From: a virus
Lineage: Duplodnaviria; Caudoviricetes
DNA length: 64,000 nucleotides
Virus record (IMG/VR): IMGVR_UViG_3300001525_000506
Location: 1 to 64,000 of that record
Direction: 5' to 3' (one strand)
Under the pieces are notes generated by a model that was given only the letters and a program-made list of their open reading frames with translations, was not told where the DNA came from and ran no database searches. Numbering within the stretch: the first letter of the stretch is position 1; each line of letters opens with the position of its first letter. This document shows positions 7,861-17,949 of this stretch, one piece after another. Made by a program: the position numbers and the translations under genes.

Positions 7861-9565
7861 ATTCTTCTTTTCGACCGAACATGTTGTCTATCATCCCCTG
7901 CGTATTCGCTCCGCCGCCGTCTGCATTCGAGTACGCATCCGTCCGAGCCTGACGCGATTTCTCAAGGAACGTTTTTTCGTCCTCTTTCTCTTTCCTCGAC
8001 AACGTGTCGCCGTAGAGTTTCTCGATGTACATATTCGTCGAAATCTCTTCCATATCGTACGCCTTACCCAAGACGTCCAATTTGTTCTCAAAGCTGTCGT
8101 CCGCAAATTCATTGAACTTCACGCTGATGTTGTAAGAGTTCTTCGTTATCTTTCCCGTATCCATGAACTCTTTCGCCATCGTCAGCTGCGTCAACAACTC
8201 TTTCAAGATTTCAGTCTCGCCGTCAATGAGTCCGTTACGTGTGAATATCGTGACCTTTTCTTTCTCTCTTTGGGCGGCGGCATTGTCTTTCTTCGCAACG
8301 TCGATACCCAAAGTCGCGGGGGACAAGATTCCGTTCAAGATTTGCAACAGTATCTGTATCGCGTGGTCGTCGTACTGAGCAAACTGCAGATTCGGCTGTG
8401 TGATTTGTATCGGCTGACCCGAACTTGTTCCGTCACCGTTTCGCTGACCCTCAACCATAACGTACTTACGGTCATAAGACGTCGGCTTTTTCGGCATACC
8501 GTTCTTGTCTCTTTCCAAGAACTCGGAATTGAAATACTCAATCGGCGTACTCAGTCTCACCGCATTCGATGCTTGCGACAGCGCCTGGTCCAAATCGTCG
8601 AACAAGTCAATCTTGCCCGTAAAGATGCTGCGCCCGTATCCGCCCTGCTGTGATGTTTGCCCCAGCAATATACACGGAACTGCGAACATCTTGTCCATCG
8701 GTCCTATCTCGATTCGCGGTGGTACGTCTTTGAGTTCGGGAACGGTACTCAACTCGACCTTCTTCAAACTCGTATCCGACCCGACCCCGTCACGAGGCAG
8801 TTCGAACAGTTCGCTCTCGATTACGAGCACTCTCTCGCCCTCTTTATATATTGTACCCGCGTACGCGCGCGCACGTGAGGGAGTTTCAGGCGTTGGTCTC
8901 TCGTCAGGGAGAGCAACGGGCTTATAAACTATCCTTCGGGTCTCTATCAACACGTACCTCTTCTTGTCCGTTGTGTAGTAGTCCTTGAAGATGCACCCGA
9001 TGATTTTCTTGTTCTTGTAAACGAAATCGACGTTCTCCGCTCTGTAATAGGCGGCGGTCGGAAAATCGCTCACGTCTTTGTCCCAGTTTATCTTCCAACA
9101 GCCCCAGCCTTCGACCAACGTCAGCGGTAACTGTTCGTCTTTGTACGCCGTTTTCAATCCGCTCTCGTCAACTATCTTCATCAAGCCTTCGGTTTCGGTA
9201 TCGTCTCCCGCTCCAACCATCGGGAACGGCATGATATTCACCAAAGTATCGACTATGTTTCGGGGCTGTCCACTGTGTGTTCGCTTTATCTGCGCCTCCG
9301 AACTCGATATCGCCCAGAAGTAGTTCTTCTTGTTCCTCATATAGAACGGCTCAAAATTGAAATCGATTACGTTCGCTCTCGTGTAGAAGTTCAACAACTC
9401 GTCTCCGTCGCCGTCATACCACACGTTGTACTCTCTCAACTTCATCTTCGTTACCGATTCGCTGTCGTTGATGAACGTCAACCTGTCCGAGTCGGGTGCG
9501 GTATCGTACTTGACGAGCCCTAACATCTTTAACACGCGATTGCGTATGAATTCGCGTAGTGTCAT
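7859..9565 (-). CDS. portal protein (SPP1 gp6/A118-like)
   Basis: 568 aa; LSPATLG and FTGKIDLFDDLD motifs; size and position near the putative TerS. Confidence 0.85.
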   Translation of the reverse strand: MTLREFIRNRVLKMLGLVKYDTAPDSDRLTFINDSESVTKMKLREYNVWYDGDGDELLNFYTRANVIDFNFEPFYMRNKKNYFWAISSSEAQIKRTHSGQPRNIVDTLVNIMPFPMVGAGDDTETEGLMKIVDESGLKTAYKDEQLPLTLVEGWGCWKINWDKDVSDFPTAAYYRAENVDFVYKNKKIIGCIFKDYYTTDKKRYVLIETRRIVYKPVALPDERPTPETPSRARAYAGTIYKEGERVLVIESELFELPRDGVGSDTSLKKVELSTVPELKDVPPRIEIGPMDKMFAVPCILLGQTSQQGGYGRSIFTGKIDLFDDLDQALSQASNAVRLSTPIEYFNSEFLERDKNGMPKKPTSYDRKYVMVEGQRNGDGTSSGQPIQITQPNLQFAQYDDHAIQILLQILNGILSPATLGIDVAKKDNAAAQREKEKVTIFTRNGLIDGETEILKELLTQLTMAKEFMDTGKITKNSYNISVKFNEFADDSFENKLDVLGKAYDMEEISTNMYIEKLYGDTLSRKEKEDEKTFLEKSRQARTDAYSNADGGGANTQGMIDNMFGRKEE

Positions 9566-10153
9566 TTATTCTGTCTCCTTCTTCCTGTTTCTGTTTTCAA
9601 CTATTCTTTTTTTCATATCAGAATATAGTTGACCTTTATAATCTTCGTCGGCGGCGGCACTTGCCTCGCCTTCATAAGGCGCACACAATAATGCTTTGTC
9701 ACCTGGGTCTTCTCCAAATTGCTCTCGATATACTTTCTGCAAGTGCTTTTCGTATTCTTTGAGTTTGAATGAAATAGTCAGTTGCAGCCCAATATTCCGC
9801 TTTGCCATCGAAAAAAAATCTTCATCAAGGTCGCTCCAATTCTTAATCCACATCAGTTGCGGTTCGCGCTCGCATTCGGAACAGAAATCGTCCCAGTCTG
9901 CATATCGATTGCGCACCGAAATATAGTCGGGCACTCTCAATATATATGGCTTACCTTGATATTTTGGGCGGTCATTTCTTGGTCTGTACATAAGCCAAAA
10001 CATATTCCTCGTCAGGTCTATATACTCTGTTGTGTTGGGATTATATGAACTGGTTAAGACAAGATTCCCGTCTGTTCGGACCACAACGCGCGCGTAAAAC
10101 TTGTCAACAGTTGAGGACGCCGCCATTTCCGCATTAAGAGCATCCAAAAGCAT
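9566..10153 (-). CDS. hypothetical protein
   Basis: AAGGAG RBS, own promoter (10186-10215), abuts the portal gene. Confidence 0.75.
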   Translation of the reverse strand: MLLDALNAEMAASSTVDKFYARVVVRTDGNLVLTSSYNPNTTEYIDLTRNMFWLMYRPRNDRPKYQGKPYILRVPDYISVRNRYADWDDFCSECEREPQLMWIKNWSDLDEDFFSMAKRNIGLQLTISFKLKEYEKHLQKVYREQFGEDPGDKALLCAPYEGEASAAADEDYKGQLYSDMKKRIVENRNRKKETE

Positions 10154-10608
10154 AGCAAAACGGGCTCCTTTTCATTGATGAGAACAGTATAACACAGAGG
10201 AGGTATTGGTGTCAATAGGGTAAGCGAAAACGGGCGAAAAAAAACTGGTGGTCAGACCAAGACCAGAGCGGCGGGAAACCGCGAAAGTATAGTAGTATTA
10301 AACCGAGAGTATAGCAGGATTAAACCAAAAACAGCGTCAAAATCGAGTCCAAATCGGAGGTGTAATGTACCATTTTTGGTGCATAAAAAGCGGTCGAAAG
10401 TTTTTGCAGAAAAAGTGTAAAAAGTCGGTAAATTTAGGAAGTTTTTACAGAAATTATGCAAAAACTTTTGGGTATAAAAAAGGCTCCAGTTGCAGATAAA
10501 AGACTAAAAAAGTTCAGTTATCGCCAGTGGAGCAATATTTCTATTATGGAAGTAAAAAGAGAGCGTTAGATGCGAGAAAACACAACGTTTACGTTATCTT
10601 TTCGACCC

Positions 10609-11097
10609 TCACTCTAAGTCGTTTTTAATAGTGATATTGATAGGTTTGTTACCGTCGTCGTCGATGAGTTTAGCGAAGTGAGTTTTTGCGATAGCGACAG
10701 CGGTAGCGTTACCAGCGCAGGAGAGTTTATCGATAACTTCGCGAGCTTTCATTTTGGAGATAGTACGCATACGCCAGAAAGCGTCGTGATAATTTTGCCC
10801 ATAGAGAGCTTTGCAGAAGATATCGAGTTGTTCGGGAGTAGTTTTAAGGATAATGGGGATATCTTCGAAGTCAGCCCAGCGAGCGACAATATTTTCGAAA
10901 GTATCCTGGTCAAACCAGAAGCCCTCGACCTTATGATTAGCGCGATTAGATTCGAGGAAGTCGTCGTAATAGATGACACGCCCGATAGAAGAGCCGTCGG
11001 GGGTATGAGTGGTGTCAGCGACGGAAACTTTCGGGAGCGTAGCGCGTTTAGGAGCGGGGGAGCCGCTGGATTGAGGGTTGTTTTTCTTTGATGCCAT
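10609..11097 (-). CDS. putative terminase small subunit
   Basis: 163 aa from MASKKNN; helical body ending in PINITIKNDLE; upstream of portal; promoter 11168-11196. Confidence 0.45.
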   Translation of the reverse strand: MASKKNNPQSSGSPAPKRATLPKVSVADTTHTPDGSSIGRVIYYDDFLESNRANHKVEGFWFDQDTFENIVARWADFEDIPIILKTTPEQLDIFCKALYGQNYHDAFWRMRTISKMKAREVIDKLSCAGNATAVAIAKTHFAKLIDDDGNKPINITIKNDLE

Positions 11098-11282
11098 ATA
11101 TGTGAACTCCGAACAATGGAAGGTTGTCAAACATAGAAAGGACGTCACTCACTCTATGTTCGAGGGTATAGTAGCACACACGAAGGATAAAGTCAAGAGG
11201 AAAATGAAAAAAATTTCCAAAGAAACAAAAATCCGAGAGAAAACCGCCGCGAACGACGGTTTTTTCTCGTTTTATTCCTTTG

Positions 11283-11789
11283 TCATTTCTGCCCGTTCTT
11301 ATTCTCATTAACGAGAGCATTGAACTTAGTTAGGGACGGTTGCAGCTGCAGTTTTTGATAGCCGCGTTTATGATTATACACACGCAGGATGACTGTAGGC
11401 GAAATCGAGAACGAATCGAGTACGAAGGCGAGGAAAGATGAGGAAACATTGAGTGACGGAACGGCACTCAATCGTCTCCTCCCCTTCCCATCCTGAGCAA
11501 ACGAAACCTCCCTAACCGCGTCCAGTAGCACATCGGGTTCGAACTCGAAAGACTGGTTGCCGAAAGAGGGCGGACCAGGGAACGAGATACGGATGAGCGA
11601 ATCGGGGTTGTTCGTTAGCGGACACGAGATACGAGGGAGACGGGCAGAATCGAACACATGGAAAGTGTAGTTAAGCCCGCGACGAATCAAACACGTATCG
11701 GAAGTAGGAACGGCATTGATACCGAAGTATCGGAGCATTGCGAACGGGTCCGAAGTTGAAACTGGTGGTATGCGATAGTTAGTTCTCAT
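11283..11789 (-). CDS. hypothetical protein, near-leaderless
   Basis: TTGCGC-18-TATACT promoter (11799-11828) ends 9 nt before the ATG; no SD. Confidence 0.55.
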   Translation of the reverse strand: MRTNYRIPPVSTSDPFAMLRYFGINAVPTSDTCLIRRGLNYTFHVFDSARLPRISCPLTNNPDSLIRISFPGPPSFGNQSFEFEPDVLLDAVREVSFAQDGKGRRRLSAVPSLNVSSSFLAFVLDSFSISPTVILRVYNHKRGYQKLQLQPSLTKFNALVNENKNGQK

Positions 11790-12188
11790 AGTGGAGTAAG
11801 TATAACACACCACACACACGTAGCGCAAGAGGTCAAGGAACGGAAATTTCGCAAATTTTGCGGAATTTTCTGTCCCGCCCCCGCACCTCAAAATGTTACG
11901 CATAAAGCGAACAAAGAACAAGGTCTAAAGCCTCTCTACGTTCGACTTCAAACCGAGCTCAAATGTTTCACAAAAAGTCTATGTTAAGAAAAGCGACAGC
12001 AAAAGAAGCAGAAGAACAAAAGAAAGAAAAAGGTACGTAGTACCTACAAAGAAAGAAAACAAGAAGAGTGTGAAACATACATCTTGACAAGTGAAAATAT
12101 ATTTACTACGTAAATATATAAAGAAAAATCGAGGCAACATTTTCCGCGTTCTTTTTGAGTATTAGCCTAAGGTATTCGTATATATTAT

Positions 12189-12404
12189 TTCGTATATATA
12201 TTAACATATATATACTCATAAATATACTCATACCATTAGGCGTAGGGTTAATTTTTTTTTGCTTTCCGTACGCAAGGAAGGAAAATCGCAAGAGAAAAAA
12301 ATGAAAAAAACCTCCTTCGCGCGCGGACCGATTACGAAAATGGACGATACGCCTCATGCTATGAGTATGGGTATAGAGTATATATATGTTAATATATATA
12401 CGAA
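12189..12404. repeat. 29-bp perfect AT-rich inverted repeat in a non-coding region (origin/pac candidate)
   Basis: TTCGTATATATATTAACATATATATACTC at 12189-12217 and its reverse complement at 12376-12404. Confidence 0.85.
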
Positions 12405-12809
12405 TATACACATACGATATAGCTGAGGCTAATACTCGAAATCAACTGGGAACATGTTGTTTTTGGGAACATATTTGACACGTCTTAAATTTCCCCCCTT
12501 AGGGGGAAATTCGGGACACGAAACGTATTTGAGAGAGAGGGAAGTTCTTCTTTTTGAGGCGATACTACGTATCGCCGTTTTTCTTCTATTGGGAGTATGA
12601 GTTCTTTCGGGATGGAAGGGGCTTTTCTTAAAAAAGAGGCGAAAAAAGGTAAACTTTTGAACTAATTTGGTCAAAAATCTACCTTTTTTTCTTATTTCTT
12701 TCTTTTAAGACCCACGAAGTGGGTCTATTTCTTTCTATTGTTCTTTTGTTTGGGTTTTTCTTTTACGCTTTTTCTTTTTTCGGGCTCAAAAACTGGCTCG
12801 ATTTGGAAG

Positions 12810-13481
12810 TTACCTGCCCTCCGCACTCAATCGAGAGGCGATATCGAGGAATTGTTCGATAACGTCCTCGTAGCGGTAAACGGGACCTTTTTTACGCTTA
12901 ACGGATGCAAACGTAGCAGGGTGACGGGAACAGCTCTTCTCGCTCACACCCAAAATAATCGACCGAGCGGGTTCGGGAGCGGACTCGAGAACGGAGATAG
13001 CGAGAGCAGGGTCGGAAACACAAGCGTTCGGCGTCTTTACGGCGAAGGCTTGGCGAGCGCGAGCGGTGACGAAGTTAGAGAACTTCATAGCGGACGCAGT
13101 CTGGGGGTAGAGTTGAACGCAATCGGCGATGAAAGCATAAGCGGTCGCGGTATCGATATCGAACTTCCACGAGAGGAAGTAGGAGAGTGGCGCATCTTGT
13201 TTGAACACATCGGAGTAGAAGTTCTCGACGACGATACGAGCAAGCGCCTCCGAATTAAAAGCCGACCCGAGTGTAACGCGACACCCGAAGATATCGGCAT
13301 AGGCTTTGTACTTATTTCGAGACTTGTCGAAACAAACCCCCGACAGGAAGACGTTGCGCTGCCCCGCAACGTTTTTCTTCGAGTTCAAGTCTTGTTCATT
13401 TTCGTAATTTTCGTTATTTTTCACGAGAGTGTACCTCACAAAATCATTTATTTTCGCATTAGACAGCCTCAGACCGCCCAA
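12810..13481 (-). CDS. AP2-like DNA-binding domain protein
   Basis: GVCFDKSRNKYKAYADIFGCRVTLGSAFNSEALAR resembles an AP2 domain; start uncertain. Confidence 0.55.
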   Translation of the reverse strand: MGGLRLSNAKINDFVRYTLVKNNENYENEQDLNSKKNVAGQRNVFLSGVCFDKSRNKYKAYADIFGCRVTLGSAFNSEALARIVVENFYSDVFKQDAPLSYFLSWKFDIDTATAYAFIADCVQLYPQTASAMKFSNFVTARARQAFAVKTPNACVSDPALAISVLESAPEPARSIILGVSEKSCSRHPATFASVKRKKGPVYRYEDVIEQFLDIASRLSAEGR

Positions 13482-13547
13482 AAACGAGCGTTAGCCCTAA
13501 AATCGATAACTTGTTCGACCTCAAAGCCAACGCCTCCTTAAAATCGA

Positions 13548-13991
13548 TTACAGAAGGTCAATGCGTTTTCGTATCAAACTTTTGTACTCAATCATATCGA
13601 GTCCGTACTTTGTCATGAACAGAGCGCGAGCGGTATCGTTGAGGACTTGATGTTGCAAATCAGCGCAGACCTTGGACTCATACGACTCGTCCTCGTATTC
13701 GATAGGGAACTTGCAGTGGAGCAGTTCATGTATGAGCGTTTCTTCTTGGAACATAATAAAGTGTTCGTTCCGAGGTTGTTTGTAAATTGTTATTACGCTC
13801 GTCTTGGAATCGAAGTCGTAATCGTTATGACCGAGTTCCAATCCTTCACTTTCTTCATCCACAAGAACGTACGTTATCGCCCAGTCAGCGAGACCGAGAA
13901 CATCAGCCCATTTCTCTCCACACTTACGCATCTCGAGCCCGTTCTGGAATGATTCCCTCAACGGTTCTTTTTCTTTAATATTCATTTTCAT
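13548..13991 (-). CDS. HExxH zinc metallopeptidase-like protein
   Basis: ETLIHELLH; GGAGG RBS before ATG 13991. Confidence 0.75.
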   Translation of the reverse strand: MKMNIKEKEPLRESFQNGLEMRKCGEKWADVLGLADWAITYVLVDEESEGLELGHNDYDFDSKTSVITIYKQPRNEHFIMFQEETLIHELLHCKFPIEYEDESYESKVCADLQHQVLNDTARALFMTKYGLDMIEYKSLIRKRIDLL

Positions 13992-14139
13992 AAAACCTCC
14001 TTGTGCCATATTCGTTCGCATAAAAACGAGAACGCATTTGTTACAAATCCTCAAAATCTCAGTTTCGTTCAAACTTCGAAAATAGTCTAAACCGCTACTG
14101 AATAGAGGAAATGTCAAATGCGTTCGCAAAAGTTTTTCA

Positions 14140-14739
14140 TTAGCCTCTCTTATATTTTGTGTGTAGAATTTGATGGACGCGTTGACGGGAGAGTCCGTAA
14201 ACGGCTCCGATTTGTTTGTAGGTCAGACCGTCCTCGATATACATCTTCCGCATTTCTTCGGCGTTCGGGTTGCGATGAGAAGGAGAAATTTCGGAGACGA
14301 GTTTTTTGTATTCGTCTTTATCCTTCCTCTCGATTTGGGAGAGGCGATTCTTGCGACTTTCGCGACGAGCGTCAATTTCTTCTTTGGGCATGTATTCAAG
14401 TTCGCCTTTGTGGATGAGACGTCCGTAGCAGTTACGGCACAAGCCTTTTGCATAGACCTCTGGGAATCCGCAACAAGAGCAAACAGAGATGCCCGCAGTC
14501 TCATAATCGAAAGACGAGAGCGACCCGTATTCGTCGATAAGCGTCTTGCGCAACGAGTGTGGTGCGGGCGCGCAATTGTGACACGTCAACACACGCATTG
14601 ATACAAGGTCTTCTTCGGGGACGAGGAAGGAAGGTCCCGACCCACACGAGCATATACACTCACACACACCGTCATCGTTTTGAGAGACGACGGTGAGACG
14701 ACCGAATCTTGTTCCTTTATCTATTTTGTACTTCGGCAT
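14140..14739 (-). CDS. Zn-finger plus sigma70 region-4-like HTH protein
   Basis: GTRFGRLTV...CxCSCG N-terminus, CxxC...CxxC, C-terminal LTYKQIGAVYGLSRQRVHQI. Confidence 0.7.
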   Translation of the reverse strand: MPKYKIDKGTRFGRLTVVSQNDDGVCECICSCGSGPSFLVPEEDLVSMRVLTCHNCAPAPHSLRKTLIDEYGSLSSFDYETAGISVCSCCGFPEVYAKGLCRNCYGRLIHKGELEYMPKEEIDARRESRKNRLSQIERKDKDEYKKLVSEISPSHRNPNAEEMRKMYIEDGLTYKQIGAVYGLSRQRVHQILHTKYKRG

Positions 14740-14959
14740 TTTGTTGTCTCGCCTCCTTTTTGATTCTGCGGAGATTACGGGCGCAGATTGACCCGTCTTC
14801 GCGTTCTTGTTGAGTTGCATTGCAGTGATAATCGTGGACGCGACGAGCGCAGCCCTCGCAGTAGTACATACCGCCGCTTTGGTCGCAGGACGTTGCAATA
14901 CTACGATACCACTTTTCTTGGTCGAGTTTGATTTGTTGTCTTCTGAGTGATTCTGCCAT
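14717..14959 (-). CDS. small Cys-containing protein (MAESLRRQQ...)
   Basis: GGAGGT RBS; start reassigned. Confidence 0.65.
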   Translation of the reverse strand: MAESLRRQQIKLDQEKWYRSIATSCDQSGGMYYCEGCARRVHDYHCNATQQEREDGSICARNLRRIKKEARQQNAEVQNR

Positions 14960-14976
14960 AATAATCGTCACCTCCG

Positions 14977-15255
14977 TTATTCTTCGTCGTCGAAATCGAT
15001 ATAAATGATGTTGAAGAAAGCGCCGTTGTAACTGGGCTCGACAAGAATTTTCCACACACGATTAATATCCTTGATAGAGTTGAGGTTCTTTTCGAGCGAG
15101 GCAGCATCGCAGCGAATGACGCGATATTGCGGCGGCTTTCGTTCGATACCGATAGTTACAGCGCGGTCTTCATCCGCATCGTCCACAGTTTCTTCAGCGA
15201 CTTCGTCCACGACCTTTTCTTCTTCGTTTTCTAAAATTTTCTTTTTGTAAGGCAT
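14977..15255 (-). CDS. hypothetical acidic protein
   Basis: AGGAG RBS. Confidence 0.75.
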   Translation of the reverse strand: MPYKKKILENEEEKVVDEVAEETVDDADEDRAVTIGIERKPPQYRVIRCDAASLEKNLNSIKDINRVWKILVEPSYNGAFFNIIYIDFDDEE

Positions 15256-15279
15256 AATTTTATAATCTCCTTCTTGTTT

Positions 15280-15468
15280 TTATTTATTCTTTTCGGCGCA
15301 AGTTGCGACGCGTTTTATATATGCGGATAAATCGCGGTTTTCTTCGAGCCTGCGTTGTTTTATGACTTCGCGTTTGGCTTTGAATTCGGCATAGCCCGAA
15401 CACGAATCGTGACAGGCTAAATGCCGAATGGTACAATCTTTGCAAGGACAAGTGCAATCCAGTTTCAT
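15280..15468 (-). CDS. Cys-rich small protein, paralogue of 26716-26907
   Basis: CPCxxCxxRxxxCHxxCxxYAEFKxKRE in both; promoter 15492-15521. Confidence 0.8.
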   Translation of the reverse strand: MKLDCTCPCKDCTIRHLACHDSCSGYAEFKAKREVIKQRRLEENRDLSAYIKRVATCAEKNK

Positions 15469-15517
15469 AATTTTTCTCCTTTACAACCGATATTATATCA
15501 TAATATGACAGAACTTG

Positions 15518-15871
15518 TCAAGGGGTTTGAATCTGATTTTTCTCTTTATGCCAAAACGCCACAGTATCGATATTGGTTACGATAATTGTACCGTAGGTGG
15601 TGATATAAGAAGACGGTTGTTTCGGGTCGAGGATGATTTCAACAATGTCATTGTCATAGATTTTATAAGATTCGACTTTTGCCCATTGCGACCAATATTT
15701 TATCTGGACGTAGATGCTTTCGTATCTTTTGCCCGATACTTCTTCAAGAACGATATGAGCCGAAGATATGCCCGTCTTCGAATCCGAGTCAGAATCGCAT
15801 CCGCTGAAAAGAAAAAGTCCGAGGGCGATTACGAGAACGAGAACAATTGATATGATTGTTTTTTTAGTCAT
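15518..15871 (-). CDS. lipoprotein
   Basis: Signal peptide with lipobox LFSG-C. Confidence 0.75.
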   Translation of the reverse strand: MTKKTIISIVLVLVIALGLFLFSGCDSDSDSKTGISSAHIVLEEVSGKRYESIYVQIKYWSQWAKVESYKIYDNDIVEIILDPKQPSSYITTYGTIIVTNIDTVAFWHKEKNQIQTP

Positions 15872-16317
15872 TTTTTAGCCTCCTTTGGAATGAATCTACG
15901 GTATTTGTCAAGTCCCGCAATCTTATTAGCCCAACTCTCTGTAAAAAATTCGTAGTAGGACTTGTTGTGTTTTTTTCTGTACTTATCACCGAATGCAGCC
16001 CAACATAGAGACGGGATACCGATGACAAAGAGATAGAGCGGTCCGAGGATAAGGCTTTGAATTGAGTGTCCGTATTCATGGGCGGCAAGGGTTTCGTCAT
16101 CGTCTCTGTTCAAGAACATAAACATACCGAGAGACAGCGAGCCGTAAGGTATATTCCACTTAACCGCTTTTGCATATTTTTGATGTTCGAGCGGGGGATT
16201 TATTATGTGGCAATCGCTATTTTGATTACAACTCCACATAAGATACCAAACAAGTCCGAAAATGTTTTGTAGAAAACCCCAAGTCCACTGAATGAGTATA
16301 TATAAAAACTTTTTCAT
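15868..16317 (-). CDS. membrane protein with HExxH motif
   Basis: AHEYGHSIQS plus hydrophobic segments. Confidence 0.75.
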   Translation of the reverse strand: MKKFLYILIQWTWGFLQNIFGLVWYLMWSCNQNSDCHIINPPLEHQKYAKAVKWNIPYGSLSLGMFMFLNRDDDETLAAHEYGHSIQSLILGPLYLFVIGIPSLCWAAFGDKYRKKHNKSYYEFFTESWANKIAGLDKYRRFIPKEAKK

Positions 16318-16319
16318 TA

Positions 16320-16745
16320 TCAGACCTCCAACAACTCGGGATTATCAAAAATATTTCCGATAATTTCGAGGTCTGCATTCACACCGTCTTCAAAAGTGCG
16401 CAGATTGTGTTTTACGCCAAGCGCAACTTGAGTCATTTTGCCTTTGCAAACGGACCATTCAACACCGAACACGCAGCAAGTGAATTGGACATCGCCGTTA
16501 TAGGCACCTTCTAACGTAAGTATATCGCCCTCGAAGATAGGTTTACCGTTCTTGTCATAAAGACCTGTGAATTCCACAATGGTTTCAGGTTTGACTTCGT
16601 AAGCGGTTATGCCGCCAGTAAAGAATCCAACGCCGATGCTTTTTGCGATAAACATTTGCCCTTTTCGGTCGCAGCCTTTGACGGCATATCCGACTTCCCA
16701 TTCGTCGTTATCGATTCGCTTACCTTTACAAATAATATCTCTCAT
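16320..16745 (-). CDS. YopX family protein
   Basis: MRDIICKGKR...EFTGLYDKNGKPIFEGDI...EIIGNIFDNPELL. Confidence 0.85.
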   Translation of the reverse strand: MRDIICKGKRIDNDEWEVGYAVKGCDRKGQMFIAKSIGVGFFTGGITAYEVKPETIVEFTGLYDKNGKPIFEGDILTLEGAYNGDVQFTCCVFGVEWSVCKGKMTQVALGVKHNLRTFEDGVNADLEIIGNIFDNPELLEV

Positions 16746-17236
16746 TTTTTCGTTTCCTCCGTTTGGGTTCTTATATGATGTTTGCATCCGATACACGTTC
16801 TATCCGAATCTGTCTGCACTATACAAGGTTCAAAACAATCCATAAAATCGTTTGAACAAAGTGCGTGATATAATTCTTCGAGCCCGTTTCGCAATGTTTT
16901 ATCAATTATAGGGCTGTTTATAATTTGCAAAAGAAATGTTTTTGCCTTGAATCTTGTAATTTTTGTTCCTCCTTTGGTCGCTGGCATGGCGTTGGCGGTG
17001 TCATAGTCGCCCGTTGCGTTCGTGGTTGTAACGCCGACGCCTTTATCGAATTCGTCGTCATCAAGTTTTTTGATAAATCCTGATGCCGTTCTTATTTTTC
17101 CTCCAGGCGTTATAAGGTTTCCACCTGATTGCCCACAACAAGGACAAGTCCAGCTGTACCAAAACTGGTCACAGAAATCGATTTTAACTATTGCGCCACA
17201 TTTAGGACATTTTGTCGGTTCTAATGGGTAGTACAT
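16742..17236 (-). CDS. Zn-ribbon protein
   Basis: CPKCG...CPCCG. Confidence 0.7.
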   Translation of the reverse strand: MYYPLEPTKCPKCGAIVKIDFCDQFWYSWTCPCCGQSGGNLITPGGKIRTASGFIKKLDDDEFDKGVGVTTTNATGDYDTANAMPATKGGTKITRFKAKTFLLQIINSPIIDKTLRNGLEELYHALCSNDFMDCFEPCIVQTDSDRTCIGCKHHIRTQTEETKK

Positions 17237-17690
17237 TTCTAAACACTCCTATTGATTTTTCTTCTACTTCTACGGGTTTGATATCGTTATCGAAATCGAA
17301 TTCAGGATAAAAGTGTTCCTTTTCGTCTTTGAATTCAAATTTAACCAGGCACACCCCGTCAGGAATCGGACTTGGTTTGCGTTCGGGGACGACCAATTTT
17401 TCGTCGTCGGGTTCTATCCAAAAATACTGATATTTTTCATCTGGTCTCTCATACGCACAGAGTTGAATAAATAATTGTGCGTTTTGAATCGCATATCCAC
17501 ATACGAGCGCTTTTTCGTTGTTGTACTCGACGACGCCACTTAGATTCGGGAGAATGGCGATATGTTCTTTTTCGATTTCGCTTTCGAGTTCAACCAAACG
17601 CGCAATCAAATCGTCTTTTGTGTATCCGCGTCTGATACCGACACTGCCGTCGGACGCGACTACGGTTAAGGGCTCGTAGTTGTCATTCAT
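17202..17690 (-). CDS. hypothetical protein
   Basis: AGGAG RBS. Confidence 0.7.
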   Translation of the reverse strand: MNDNYEPLTVVASDGSVGIRRGYTKDDLIARLVELESEIEKEHIAILPNLSGVVEYNNEKALVCGYAIQNAQLFIQLCAYERPDEKYQYFWIEPDDEKLVVPERKPSPIPDGVCLVKFEFKDEKEHFYPEFDFDNDIKPVEVEEKSIGVFRNVLPIRTDKMS

Positions 17691-17702
17691 TGTTTTTTCT
17701 CC

Positions 17703-17891
17703 TTAATTTTTACAAAATTCTAATATGGTTAATACAAGGCACGTGACCGTTATCAGCCCCGTACTAAGAGCCATTCTCAAAGATAGAACGTAGATTACTT
17801 CTGGAAATTTTTTCTTTTTTGTAACGATAGCTGTTCCGATGAAATACGCGAAGAAACAGGCGCATAAAATTGTCAAAATTATTGGCAACAT
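17703..17891 (-). CDS. small two-TM membrane protein
   Basis: Hydrophobic; AGGAG RBS. Confidence 0.7.
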   Translation of the reverse strand: MLPIILTILCACFFAYFIGTAIVTKKKKFPEVIYVLSLRMALSTGLITVTCLVLTILEFCKN

Positions 17892-17949
17892 AACTTATAT
17901 CTCCTGCTGCGATTCTTTGCGATATGAACAGTATCGTGTGTATTTGTAG

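Noticed and set aside
7838-8653. 271-aa + strand ORF
   Set aside because: Antisense shadow of the portal gene with no RBS. The same applies to 12738-13541, 46882-47541, 50328-51071 and most short opposite-strand ORFs in the track.
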